Shown piece after piece: positions 15,706 to 24,733 of a stretch of 64,000 nt of DNA; position 1 is the first letter of the stretch; every line of letters begins with the position of its first letter. The DNA comes from Pirellulales bacterium (lineage in GTDB: Bacteria > Planctomycetota > Planctomycetia > Pirellulales > S012-138), in NCBI GenBank assembly GCA_028066245.1, contig JALCBR010000001.1, positions 110,145 through 174,144 of the forward strand, written 5' to 3'. The notes below the pieces were generated by a model. It was not told the origin of the DNA, did not search any database, and worked only from the letters and a program-made list of their open reading frames with translations. Made by a program: the position numbers and the translations under genes.

Positions 15706-17079
15706 CTAGCGGCGTCTCCACTTCAACTGGCCAGGCACATTGACCGATTGAAAGCTTGTCTTGCTGCCGTGGTCTTGCCCGGCCAATGACGTTGGTTGAT
15801 TGGCTCCACCCACGTTTCGATGAGCTCGATGCATCGATTGAGACGAACTCCGCCTGACAGACAGTACGTGTTCGGCGTCGGGTGTTGGCGGCAAAGCCCG
15901 CACTTGTACGGATGTGTTTCTCTGCGGGGCTGCGTTTACCGGCAAGTTAGTCGCGGCACCGAGATTCACTTCCACTTGGCCTGGTCCAACAACCATCGCG
16001 TCAAAGTGCTCTTTCTGAAACTCGGATTCCACTTCGACTCGTTCGCCCAATGAACCATCTGCCAACGCGATGCCAACCGCTCGCAAACGGATTGGCCCAT
16101 TTCGGACAACGACAGTCACGGTGTCCTTTCGCTTGATCAGCAACGGGCTACGGATCATCGATGAATCCAGTTGTTGCCCGGCATAGAGCGTTCGAATGAC
16201 TTCTTTGCCGATGATGTCTTCCATCCGCGGCAGATTGCCAATGTGGTGTTTGTCCTCCGCGGAGACAGTTTGCGTATGGACGTGGTTTGCGGTAAGCACG
16301 GTGCCAGCACGAACGTCATAGCGAAGTGAAACGATCACGGGGGGCAATGACACACTAACGGAAATACCAATCTGATCCCGCAATCCGTCGGCAGGCTGTT
16401 GCTGCTGCAACATGGGCTCAAACACAATTTGTTGTGGGCCCAGCCATGAGGTGACATCTCCAGGGACAGGTCGGCGAGGGACACTGGCAATTTCCCAAAC
16501 CGTATGCCGGTTGAGCGTGTTTGCTTGAGCCGGAGTGAGTTGAAGTTGGACGCGCCAATCCGTATTGGCGTCAATCCGTTCGCGAAGAAAGTTCATGACC
16601 ATCTGTTGTAAATGATCGGTACCGTTGTGGTTTACCAGCGGTGCCGCCCGGTTGACCGTGTTGGCATCCAACCTCGTGGGTTCCTTGTCGTTGCTGCGGA
16701 CTTCGACGCGATTCGCGCCACTGAAGCGATGGCTGACATAGTCAATGTTCCGTTTCCACAAGGCATCCTGAATCTCGCGAATGGAAATCCATTGCCGGCC
16801 GCCGGCGCGCGGCGCAGGCCCCAGTTCCACGCTCTTGAGTTTGGCGATTTCTTCCTCCGTTCCGCCGAAGACCTCCGCGACATCGCCTAACCGAATGACA
16901 GCGCTGCAAGTCGCTTGGGAGCGAACTTCAATCTCTGCTGCCGTGCTGGTGCGCGCGCACGTTGTCAGAACGAGCATGGCCAAGAAGAAGCACGAATCCT
17001 TTGCGTAGTTGAGCAGTCGAGTCGCCATGTGATTGGTGCGCTTGAACGGGATCTTCGTAAATGAGAGAGTCGATGCCAT
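15706..17079 (-). CDS. flgA: flagellar basal-body P-ring formation protein FlgA (long form)
   Basis: 'IIGKEVIRTLYAGQQLDSSMIRSPLLIKRKDTVTVVVRNGPIRLRAVGIALADGSLGERVEVES' is the FlgA SAF-domain signature. The start is uncertain, with an alternative ATG at 17028. Confidence 0.8.
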   Translation of the reverse strand: MASTLSFTKIPFKRTNHMATRLLNYAKDSCFFLAMLVLTTCARTSTAAEIEVRSQATCSAVIRLGDVAEVFGGTEEEIAKLKSVELGPAPRAGGRQWISIREIQDALWKRNIDYVSHRFSGANRVEVRSNDKEPTRLDANTVNRAAPLVNHNGTDHLQQMVMNFLRERIDANTDWRVQLQLTPAQANTLNRHTVWEIASVPRRPVPGDVTSWLGPQQIVFEPMLQQQQPADGLRDQIGISVSVSLPPVIVSLRYDVRAGTVLTANHVHTQTVSAEDKHHIGNLPRMEDIIGKEVIRTLYAGQQLDSSMIRSPLLIKRKDTVTVVVRNGPIRLRAVGIALADGSLGERVEVESEFQKEHFDAMVVGPGQVEVNLGAATNLPVNAAPQRNTSVQVRALPPTPDAEHVLSVRRSSSQSMHRAHRNVGGANQPTSLAGQDHGSKTSFQSVNVPGQLKWRRR

Positions 17080-17100
17080 CGGAGAGAAACATGTCGTCGT

Positions 17101-17907
17101 TTAGAACCGCCGCATGTTGGAGAGCAATTGCAGCATCTGATCGCCAGCTCGAACGGCTTCACTGTTGAGTTCAAACGCACGCTGTGTATTGATCATGTCG
17201 ATAAGTTCCGTCACCGGCTTCACGTTGGACTGTTCCAGAAACCCGGAAAGCAATGTGCCGCGGCCATCTGAACCGGGAATACCGGTGACCGGAGAACCTG
17301 AAGCGTCGGTCTCCGCATAGAGATTCTCACCCAGTTTCAGCAGGCCATCCGGGTTGATGAACTTGGAGGTTTGCAGTTGGCCGATGCTGTCAAAGGACGA
17401 CTGTCCGGCGATGCGGGCTTGCACGGTGCCGTCCCCGCCAATCGTAATTTCCTGTGTGTCGGGGGAGAAGGTAATCGACGGTTCGACGACCCGGCCGATG
17501 TTGGCGGATGAGATCACCAACTCACCGTTGGCATTGATGTCAAACCGTCCGGCACGTGTGTATTGAATTTCGCCTGTCAACGGATCAACGACTTGAAAGA
17601 ACCCCTCGCCAGTGATGGAGACGTCCAGCGGTCGGCCGGTATCTTCAAATCCACCTTGTGTGAACTCGGTTTGGACACTGCTGACTTTTGTCCCCAGACC
17701 GATTGAGACACCCGTTGGTGTGAGGTTTCCGCCGCCGTCGAGTGCCCCCGGCAGTTTCTCATGAACGTAAAATAGGTCTTCCGTGTTAACCCGATCGCGC
17801 TTGAACGCGGTTGTGTTGACGTTGGCCAGGTTATTGGCGATGGCATCCAGCTTGGTCTGCATGGCCTGCATGCCAGTGGCGCCGGTGTAGAGAGTTTGCA
17901 AACCCAT
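17101..17907 (-). CDS. flgG: flagellar distal rod protein FlgG
   Basis: N-terminus 'MGLQTLYTGATGMQAMQTKLDAIANNLANVNTTAFKRDR' and C-terminus 'GFLEQSNVKPVTELIDMINTQRAFELNSEAVRAGDQML' are canonical. Confidence 0.95.
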   Translation of the reverse strand: MGLQTLYTGATGMQAMQTKLDAIANNLANVNTTAFKRDRVNTEDLFYVHEKLPGALDGGGNLTPTGVSIGLGTKVSSVQTEFTQGGFEDTGRPLDVSITGEGFFQVVDPLTGEIQYTRAGRFDINANGELVISSANIGRVVEPSITFSPDTQEITIGGDGTVQARIAGQSSFDSIGQLQTSKFINPDGLLKLGENLYAETDASGSPVTGIPGSDGRGTLLSGFLEQSNVKPVTELIDMINTQRAFELNSEAVRAGDQMLQLLSNMRRF

Positions 17908-17959
17908 GGATCTTACCTTTGATAGACGTCGCGATCAGTTTCCAAGCGTGACAGCCGCG

Positions 17960-18715
17960 TTAGGAGTTACCTCCGGAAAGCACGCGGTTGATCAACGTTC
18001 CGGCGATGTGGTCTTGGTTTTGAATCATGTGAACGTTCGCTTCGAATGCGCGGCTGGCGGCGATCATTTCCATCATCCCTGAGACCGGGTTCATTCCTGA
18101 AGATTCCAGATATCCCTGGGCGGTCATCCGCTCCTCTGGTGGAGCTGGCTGAACGTCCGCCAGCGGCCGAAAGAGATTGGCGCCGACTTTGACCAGGTCA
18201 CCCAGCGAGGATGGCTTAACGATAGCGAGATCGATCACGTTGCCCGCTTGTTGAATCTGGCCGATGGACGAGAGTGTCCAAGGGGCATTCGGGTTGATCG
18301 AGATGGCACCACCTGAGGAATCGAGGACGGGTTCACCCCGTTCGGTTGTCAGTTGGCCGTCTGCGTTGAGATCGAAATTGCCGGCACGCGTCAGGAACTG
18401 TTCGCCGTTTCGTTCGATGACGAAAAACCCTTCCCCTTTGAGAGCAAAATCCAGATTCCTGCCGGTGCGGTTAAGCGAGCCTGGCGCATGGGTCGTGGGC
18501 GTTCCTACAAGGGAGACACCGCTTTCCAATTCGGGGAAGTTGTTTTCGCCCTGTGAAAAGCCGCGCTGAGCGACGCGCGTTTCCTTGGATTGGGCGAGGA
18601 TGACCTCTGGCTTAAAGCCAACCGTGTCGACGTTGGCGATGTTGTTGGACAACACCTCCATCCGCTTGGCTTGCACGGCGGCGCCTTGGGCCGCGACGTA
18701 AACTCCATTCGCCAT
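17960..18715 (-). CDS. flgF: flagellar proximal rod protein FlgF
   Basis: 'VLSNNIANVDTVGFKPE' near the N-terminus and 'GYLESSGMNPVSGMMEMIAASRAFEANVHMIQNQD' near the C-terminus. It lies immediately upstream of flgG. Confidence 0.85.
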   Translation of the reverse strand: MANGVYVAAQGAAVQAKRMEVLSNNIANVDTVGFKPEVILAQSKETRVAQRGFSQGENNFPELESGVSLVGTPTTHAPGSLNRTGRNLDFALKGEGFFVIERNGEQFLTRAGNFDLNADGQLTTERGEPVLDSSGGAISINPNAPWTLSSIGQIQQAGNVIDLAIVKPSSLGDLVKVGANLFRPLADVQPAPPEERMTAQGYLESSGMNPVSGMMEMIAASRAFEANVHMIQNQDHIAGTLINRVLSGGNS

Positions 18716-19030
18716 GGCGTGACCAGCACTGAAACTTTGTCACGCCCCCCTGAGGCTAGAGTGGTTTCCGCTGAAGAAACCATACCGTCGCCACGGCAAT
18801 GCACGACACGTGCCACACGGTGGTCCTTTGGGCGTTAGGGACCGTAAGCTCAGTCACAAACGGAATTTGCCTCTTCCAAGAACTGAGTTGAGTTCTTTGT
18901 GATTGCGAGCCCAGGTGGCATTTCTCGGCTGCTACCGCGCCGAATTTGCGCGGCATTTTTTGCGCGACCCCGTTCATGCAAACGGTTGAAGCCATCGCCG
19001 TCCCCAGATATCTACGCTATCCTCGCTGGC

Positions 19031-19495
19031 ATGAAGTCAGAACTTCCTCAGACCGGCCGAGTTGCAGGCGTCGATTTTGGCACGAAGCGAATTGGTGTCG
19101 CCATCTGCGATTCCCGCCGTACGCTAGCATCACCTTATCTGAATTATGAACGCCGGAGCCCCGATGCGGACGCCAAGTGGTTTCAGAGTTTCGTCAAAGA
19201 TGAGCAGGTGGTGCTCCTAGCCATCGGGCTTCCCGTGCATATCAGCGGTGACGAAAGCCAGAAGTCGCGCGAGGCAAGGGAGTTTGGTAGCTGGCTCGTG
19301 GAGAAGACCAGCACGCCTGTTGTCTACGTAGACGAGCGGTACACCAGCAAACAAGCGGAAGAAATCCTGCAAACGGCTAACCTGACGTCCAAGCGTCGCA
19401 AAGCCCGCCGCGACATGCTGGCTGCGCAGATGATTCTGCAAGCGTTTTTGGAATTGGGAGCCAGCCCTAACCCACCGGGCGCTTTGGACGATTGA
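19031..19495 (+). CDS. ruvX: Holliday-junction resolvase-like nuclease RuvX/YqgF
   Basis: 'GRVAGVDFGTKRIGVAICD...LLAIGLPVHISGDESQKSREAREF...VVYVDERYTS' is the YqgF signature. I take the ATG at 19031 rather than the alternative start at 18899. Confidence 0.85.
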   Translation: MKSELPQTGRVAGVDFGTKRIGVAICDSRRTLASPYLNYERRSPDADAKWFQSFVKDEQVVLLAIGLPVHISGDESQKSREAREFGSWLVEKTSTPVVYVDERYTSKQAEEILQTANLTSKRRKARRDMLAAQMILQAFLELGASPNPPGALDD

Positions 19496-19541
19496 TGTGG
19501 CTTCGTAGTGTACTGATTGTCAACCAGGGGCGGATGTGACT

Positions 19542-20438
19542 TCACGTCTGCCGGTGGATTCTCGCGAAGTGACCGCTGGATAATGCACGGCCTGATGGCG
19601 TTGTGAGCATCAACTCACCATGCTCTGTTAAAAAAGTATCGAGTTCGTTGCTGGTCAATGACTGCTGAATCAGCGCTGCCAATCGTGGTCCATTGAACTC
19701 CGGCGAATGCGACGTCAGCAACAAGAACTCCAAGGTCCCTGTTACAAGAGCCAGACACTCTGACAACAACGGCAAGAGGTCGTTCTCGATCTTCCAAACT
19801 CGCTTGCCGCCGCCATGGCCATAGCTGGGTGGATCCAAGACGATTCCGTGATAGGTCTTGCCGCGTCGCGCTTCGCGCTGGACAAAACGCCGCGCGTCTT
19901 CCACCAACCAACGAATGGGAGCATCCGCAAGTTGCGATAGCGTCGCATTCTGCCGAGCCCAGTTCACGACGCTACGGCTAGAATCGACGTGGGCGACTTC
20001 CGCGCCAGCAGCCGCTGCGGCCAACGTGCTACCTCCAGTGTAGGCAAATAGGTTGATCACTCGTGGCGACGTTTGGTACGCTTTGCGGTAGCTCCGCACA
20101 CGCTCAGCAATCCAACGCCAGTTGGCCATTTGCTCCGGAAACATCCCAACCTGGCCAGAAGGTGCGAGGTGGAGCCTTAGCGAAAACTCGCCGGCGTTGA
20201 TCGTCCAGCCCTCCGAGGTAGCTTCTGACATTGCCGCCGACGCCGTTGACCAATCGCCAGCCGATGAGCGGTCTCCCTCATAACGCGCATCAGCCATCGC
20301 CCAGAATTCATCGTTCGTCAGGCTTATGTGTTCTGTCCCAGGGCAGGGACGATCAAGCACAAACGCCCCAAACCGCTCCAGACGGCGGCCGTGACCAAAG
20401 TCGAGTAGCTCATAGTCGCCCATCATCCACCAAGCCAC
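19542..20438 (-). CDS. class I SAM-dependent methyltransferase (RlmI/YccW-like catalytic domain)
   Basis: 'VINLFAYTGGSTLAAAAAGAEVAHVDSS' is SAM motif I. 'YHGIVLDPPSYGHG' carries the DPP motif of this rRNA methyltransferase-like family. Confidence 0.8.
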   Translation of the reverse strand: MAWWMMGDYELLDFGHGRRLERFGAFVLDRPCPGTEHISLTNDEFWAMADARYEGDRSSAGDWSTASAAMSEATSEGWTINAGEFSLRLHLAPSGQVGMFPEQMANWRWIAERVRSYRKAYQTSPRVINLFAYTGGSTLAAAAAGAEVAHVDSSRSVVNWARQNATLSQLADAPIRWLVEDARRFVQREARRGKTYHGIVLDPPSYGHGGGKRVWKIENDLLPLLSECLALVTGTLEFLLLTSHSPEFNGPRLAALIQQSLTSNELDTFLTEHGELMLTTPSGRALSSGHFARIHRQT

Positions 20439-20586
20439 AGCCTGCGATTCATTCCTGCGGAGTTGTGAGCAGCCTCATCAAGTGAGCTGGGAAAGTGCAT
20501 ACGCTCAATGCCCACACTGCCAGAAACATGCGTTGTTGAGAGTTAGCGTTGAAACGGAAAACAAATGGAGACGCTATTTGGCCAGC

Positions 20587-21021
<435 letters not shown>

Positions 21022-21155
21022 GGCATCTTTCAACGATCCTTGGACAAAACAAAGTAAAGAGAAGCAGCTGAAGAAGGCCACTACACCCTTCGTCGGCTAC
21101 TGTCACATTTGCCAACACTCACTAGCCGAATTGGAATGCTCAACCCCGCCGGTCT

Positions 21156-23453
21156 TCACTCCAACACAATCATCGGGCTAGAGCCATCGGCTTGATCAAT
21201 GACCCCAATCCGCGCGGCGAAGGTATAGTCGGATGAACGCAAGCGGGCGAGCACGTCATCCGCCTGATCTTGCGTGACGCCAGCGATTAACCCCCCCGAT
21301 GTCTGCGGGTCAAACAGCCAGTCGGGCGGATTGTTCCCGCGAACCCGTGAAGCGACGCGAGCGTTATCTTCAAACAAGGTGCTGCGAATTCCCAGGGCGG
21401 TCACGTCAGTAAAGCCTTCGTAGATCGGTACGTGATCGATCGCGATCTTTGCGGAGACTCCACTGGCGTCCAGCATCTCCAGCAGATGCCCCGCGAGACC
21501 AAAACCAGTGACGTCCGTGCAGGATACAACTCCAAACTCAGCCATAATCGCTGCTGCGTCCTTGTTTGCTTTGAGCATCTCTTCCAGCAGCGGCTCATAC
21601 CAGGCAGCTTTGCATTCGGATTGCATTAGTGCAGCCAATAACGCGCCGGTTCCCAATGGCTTGGTCAGAATCAACGTGTTACCAGGTCTCAGGCCAGACT
21701 TACGGAAAAGTCGGCCCCGTCTGGCGAAGCCAGTCATGGCGAATCCCATCGCCAACTCGGTTCCTTCTGTGGTGTGCCCGCCGGCAAGCGTGATCTCCAT
21801 TTCGCGGAGTGATTCGCTCGCGCCGGCCATCAACTCTTGGAGCTGTGCTTCTTGAATGGGTGTCCGCGCGAACGGGAGGGTGGCGATGGCCAGCGCCGTC
21901 TGTGGCTGAGCGTTCATGGCGTATAAATCGCTGGCCGCATTCAAGGCCGCCATCCGTCCAAACAGATAGGGATCATTGAGGAACGATTTGAAGTAATCAA
22001 CCGTTTGAACTTCAACCAGTTCATTATCGTCGGACTGTGACGACTGCTGCGCACCTGCTTGATCGGTGGTTGGCAGACGGAAGACGGCCGCGTCGTCGCC
22101 GTCTTTCAAACCAACGAGTACACGCGGGTCGTCTTTCGCTGTAAGGTCCTTGAGTACATTGGAGAGAACGTGAGCGGGCACCTTTGACCCGCAGCCACCG
22201 CAGCGCATGACATCTTCAGCGTTTTCTTCGTCCGTGTCGCCCATCTCAGGAAAGACCGTGAACTTCTGTACCCAACGTTGGTCAATCCAGTTCTTGAGCT
22301 TGCGGGCAGCTTTGCTTTTCCAGGCGAATGCTCCGTAGTTGAGTACCGCGCCGCCATCAGCTGTATTGAGCAAATAGAGGACGCGCTTTTGCGGGCGGAA
22401 ATCTCGCAACGGTTGATCGCGCAACCGGCGGCGAATGTTGTCATACAAGACTCGGCCTTCCCGCACGGCGTAGACACCGCTTTTGGCAAGCTGCGGATAG
22501 TCATCGAAACTCGCGCAATCACCCGTGCCAAAGACATCGCTTTCGGAAACTGACTGGAGCGTTTTGCGAATTCGCAAGAAACCATGCTCGGTGACGGACA
22601 GTCCCGCTTCGCGAATCAACTCCGCCGCAGAAGCCTGCGTCGCCCAGAGGACTTGATCGCAGCTGACGTTTTCACCAGTTTCCAATTGCAGCTCTGTTGG
22701 ATTGCCTCCGACGACACGGGCGCTGGTGCGGACGTTGATGGCGCGCGCTTGCAACTCCCTTGCGAAGTGGCGCGTCGTCCGATCCGGAAACGTGGGCAGC
22801 AATTGTTGATTGGCTTGGAGTAGGGTGATCCGGAAGCTACTGATGCCACTCATTCGTTTGGCGATAGCCAGTGCAAGTTCGCAACCGCTGGCGCCACCAC
22901 CAACAACAGCCAGATGAAACGGGCGGGGATTCGCTTGGAGTTCGGCTTCCAACGCGGAGAGCCGTTTAATGAGTTTGGCGAGTGGCCGCATCACAAACGC
23001 TGACTTGCCATCGATCAATCCCTCCGGGGCGGCCGGAATGGAGCCTAACCCCAACGAGAGGATGTCGTACTTGATCGGAGGGCGTTGCTCGAACACCACC
23101 TGCCGACGACCGGTTTCAATTTTGCAGACGGGCTCGGAGACTAGCCGGAGGCCAAAACCAGCAGCCATGCGTACCAGGTCAAAGGAAATCTGATCGGCTG
23201 TGAATTCTCGACCGATATGAGCCGGTACCATGGCCGAATACGGAATCTCATTGCCTTGGTTGACCAAAGTTACGCTGACGCCGGGAATCGGCCGCATGGC
23301 AAATCGCCTGGCGAAAACGAGATGCGCATTTCCTGCGCCGACCAGCACGACTGATTTGGCGATCGGTGCAGGAGACCCCAACTGCATGACAAGTTCCGTG
23401 GGTGTTGGTTTTGTTCCAAGGAGTACTGGCAACAGAATGTCAGTAGACTCCAT
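21156..23453 (-). CDS. selD: fusion protein: FAD/NAD(P)-dependent pyridine nucleotide-disulfide oxidoreductase domain plus selenide, water dikinase (SelD)
   Basis: N-terminal half carries 'SVVLVGAGNAH' and 'HLAVVGGGASGCELA' Rossmann motifs. C-terminal half carries the 'VMRCGGCGSKVPAHVL' Cys-type SelD P-loop region and AIR-synthase-like segments 'DAAVF...TVDYF..., ...ITLAGGHT'. The start is uncertain, at 23453, 23387 or 23678. Confidence 0.85.
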   Translation of the reverse strand: MESTDILLPVLLGTKPTPTELVMQLGSPAPIAKSVVLVGAGNAHLVFARRFAMRPIPGVSVTLVNQGNEIPYSAMVPAHIGREFTADQISFDLVRMAAGFGLRLVSEPVCKIETGRRQVVFEQRPPIKYDILSLGLGSIPAAPEGLIDGKSAFVMRPLAKLIKRLSALEAELQANPRPFHLAVVGGGASGCELALAIAKRMSGISSFRITLLQANQQLLPTFPDRTTRHFARELQARAINVRTSARVVGGNPTELQLETGENVSCDQVLWATQASAAELIREAGLSVTEHGFLRIRKTLQSVSESDVFGTGDCASFDDYPQLAKSGVYAVREGRVLYDNIRRRLRDQPLRDFRPQKRVLYLLNTADGGAVLNYGAFAWKSKAARKLKNWIDQRWVQKFTVFPEMGDTDEENAEDVMRCGGCGSKVPAHVLSNVLKDLTAKDDPRVLVGLKDGDDAAVFRLPTTDQAGAQQSSQSDDNELVEVQTVDYFKSFLNDPYLFGRMAALNAASDLYAMNAQPQTALAIATLPFARTPIQEAQLQELMAGASESLREMEITLAGGHTTEGTELAMGFAMTGFARRGRLFRKSGLRPGNTLILTKPLGTGALLAALMQSECKAAWYEPLLEEMLKANKDAAAIMAEFGVVSCTDVTGFGLAGHLLEMLDASGVSAKIAIDHVPIYEGFTDVTALGIRSTLFEDNARVASRVRGNNPPDWLFDPQTSGGLIAGVTQDQADDVLARLRSSDYTFAARIGVIDQADGSSPMIVLE

Positions 23454-23710
23454 TTTGGATAGCGCAGCGGTCCAGGGAAGACCCTTCCCACGGGATTCCG
23501 GGCCTGTAGGAAGAATCCCGAGTGATCCTGAAGATTCGCCTTGGCTGCTGAATTGGGTATGTTGGCAGGTTGTTGGAAAATGCTCTTGTCGTGTTTCAAT
23601 CCAACTTATTCTGAGAAATGAATCTCTCCGTGCCGAATCGCGTCCCATAGAATGTATGGGGGCCGCGCAGCTCATCAAACTTATTTAGGGACCTGTGGTC
23701 AAAGGCAGGA

Positions 23711-24682
23711 ATGACGCACAAGCATCGTAGCGGAATGACGCTGGTTGAACTCCTCGTGGTGATCTTCATCATGGGGTTATTGCTGGCATTGTTGATTCCC
23801 GCTGTGCAGTCTGCCCGAGAGGCGATGCGTCGAATTGAGTGTTCCAATCAACTTCACCAAATCATTTTGGCCATCCAGAGCCATGAAGATATCCACCATG
23901 CCATTCCGACCAACGGTTGGGGGTATCAATGGGTTGGCAATCCAGACCGTGGTTCTGGACCTCGGCAGCCCGGCGGTTGGGCCTATTGTATCTTGCCATA
24001 CGTAGAACATCAGAATCTGCGCACGCTAGGTCAGAACTTGCCGGAGCCGCGGCAAAAGGAAGCACTGGCGACGTTAATTCAAACGCCGGTTAAGCTGTTC
24101 AAGTGTCCGACCCGTGGACCTGTAGCCCTGTTTGAGAATGATCCACGGACGTCGCCGATCAACGCTGCATGGACGGAATTTGTCGCCCGCACGGACTACG
24201 CGATCAACGAAGGCGATGTGCACATTAAAACCAATGCCGGGCCGCGAACTTTGGCCGAAGGTGACCAGCCCCATTACGTCTGGCCTGACACGTCCATGGC
24301 CACCGGAGTTTCTTACGTCCGCAGTCGGGTGAGCTTTGGTTCTGTCCTGGATGGATTGAGCAACACCTATTTTGTCGGCGAGAAATATGTTTTCTCTGCT
24401 GACTACCTAACCATTGATGATCCAGGGTATGACCAAAGCATGTATACCGGCGCAGACCTAGACACCAACCGCGCTGCTGAGAACTTGCCGGCTTGGGATG
24501 GATTAGATATGAGTCACATGCCCAACAATGGGGCGCGGCTGTTCGGCAGCGCCCACCCTAACGCGTTGAATATGGCCTTTGGTGACGGGCATGTCGGCCG
24601 GCTCAACTACAACATCGATTTGCAAACCCATCGCAATCTTGGTAATCGCCACGACGGCCAATCGACGACATCGTCTTTCTGA
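23711..24682 (+). CDS. DUF1559 domain protein with a prepilin-type N-terminal cleavage/methylation segment
   Basis: N-terminus '[44 protein letters not shown]'. The C-terminal 'FGSAHPNALNMAFGDGHV' is an exact H-X9-DG motif. Confidence 0.88.
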   Translation: MTHKHRSGMTLVELLVVIFIMGLLLALLIPAVQSAREAMRRIECSNQLHQIILAIQSHEDIHHAIPTNGWGYQWVGNPDRGSGPRQPGGWAYCILPYVEHQNLRTLGQNLPEPRQKEALATLIQTPVKLFKCPTRGPVALFENDPRTSPINAAWTEFVARTDYAINEGDVHIKTNAGPRTLAEGDQPHYVWPDTSMATGVSYVRSRVSFGSVLDGLSNTYFVGEKYVFSADYLTIDDPGYDQSMYTGADLDTNRAAENLPAWDGLDMSHMPNNGARLFGSAHPNALNMAFGDGHVGRLNYNIDLQTHRNLGNRHDGQSTTSSF

Positions 24683-24733
24683 GTGGGTTGTTTCGCCACA
24701 ATCCTGTTTCAATAGCCTGCCAACCAATTGGAT

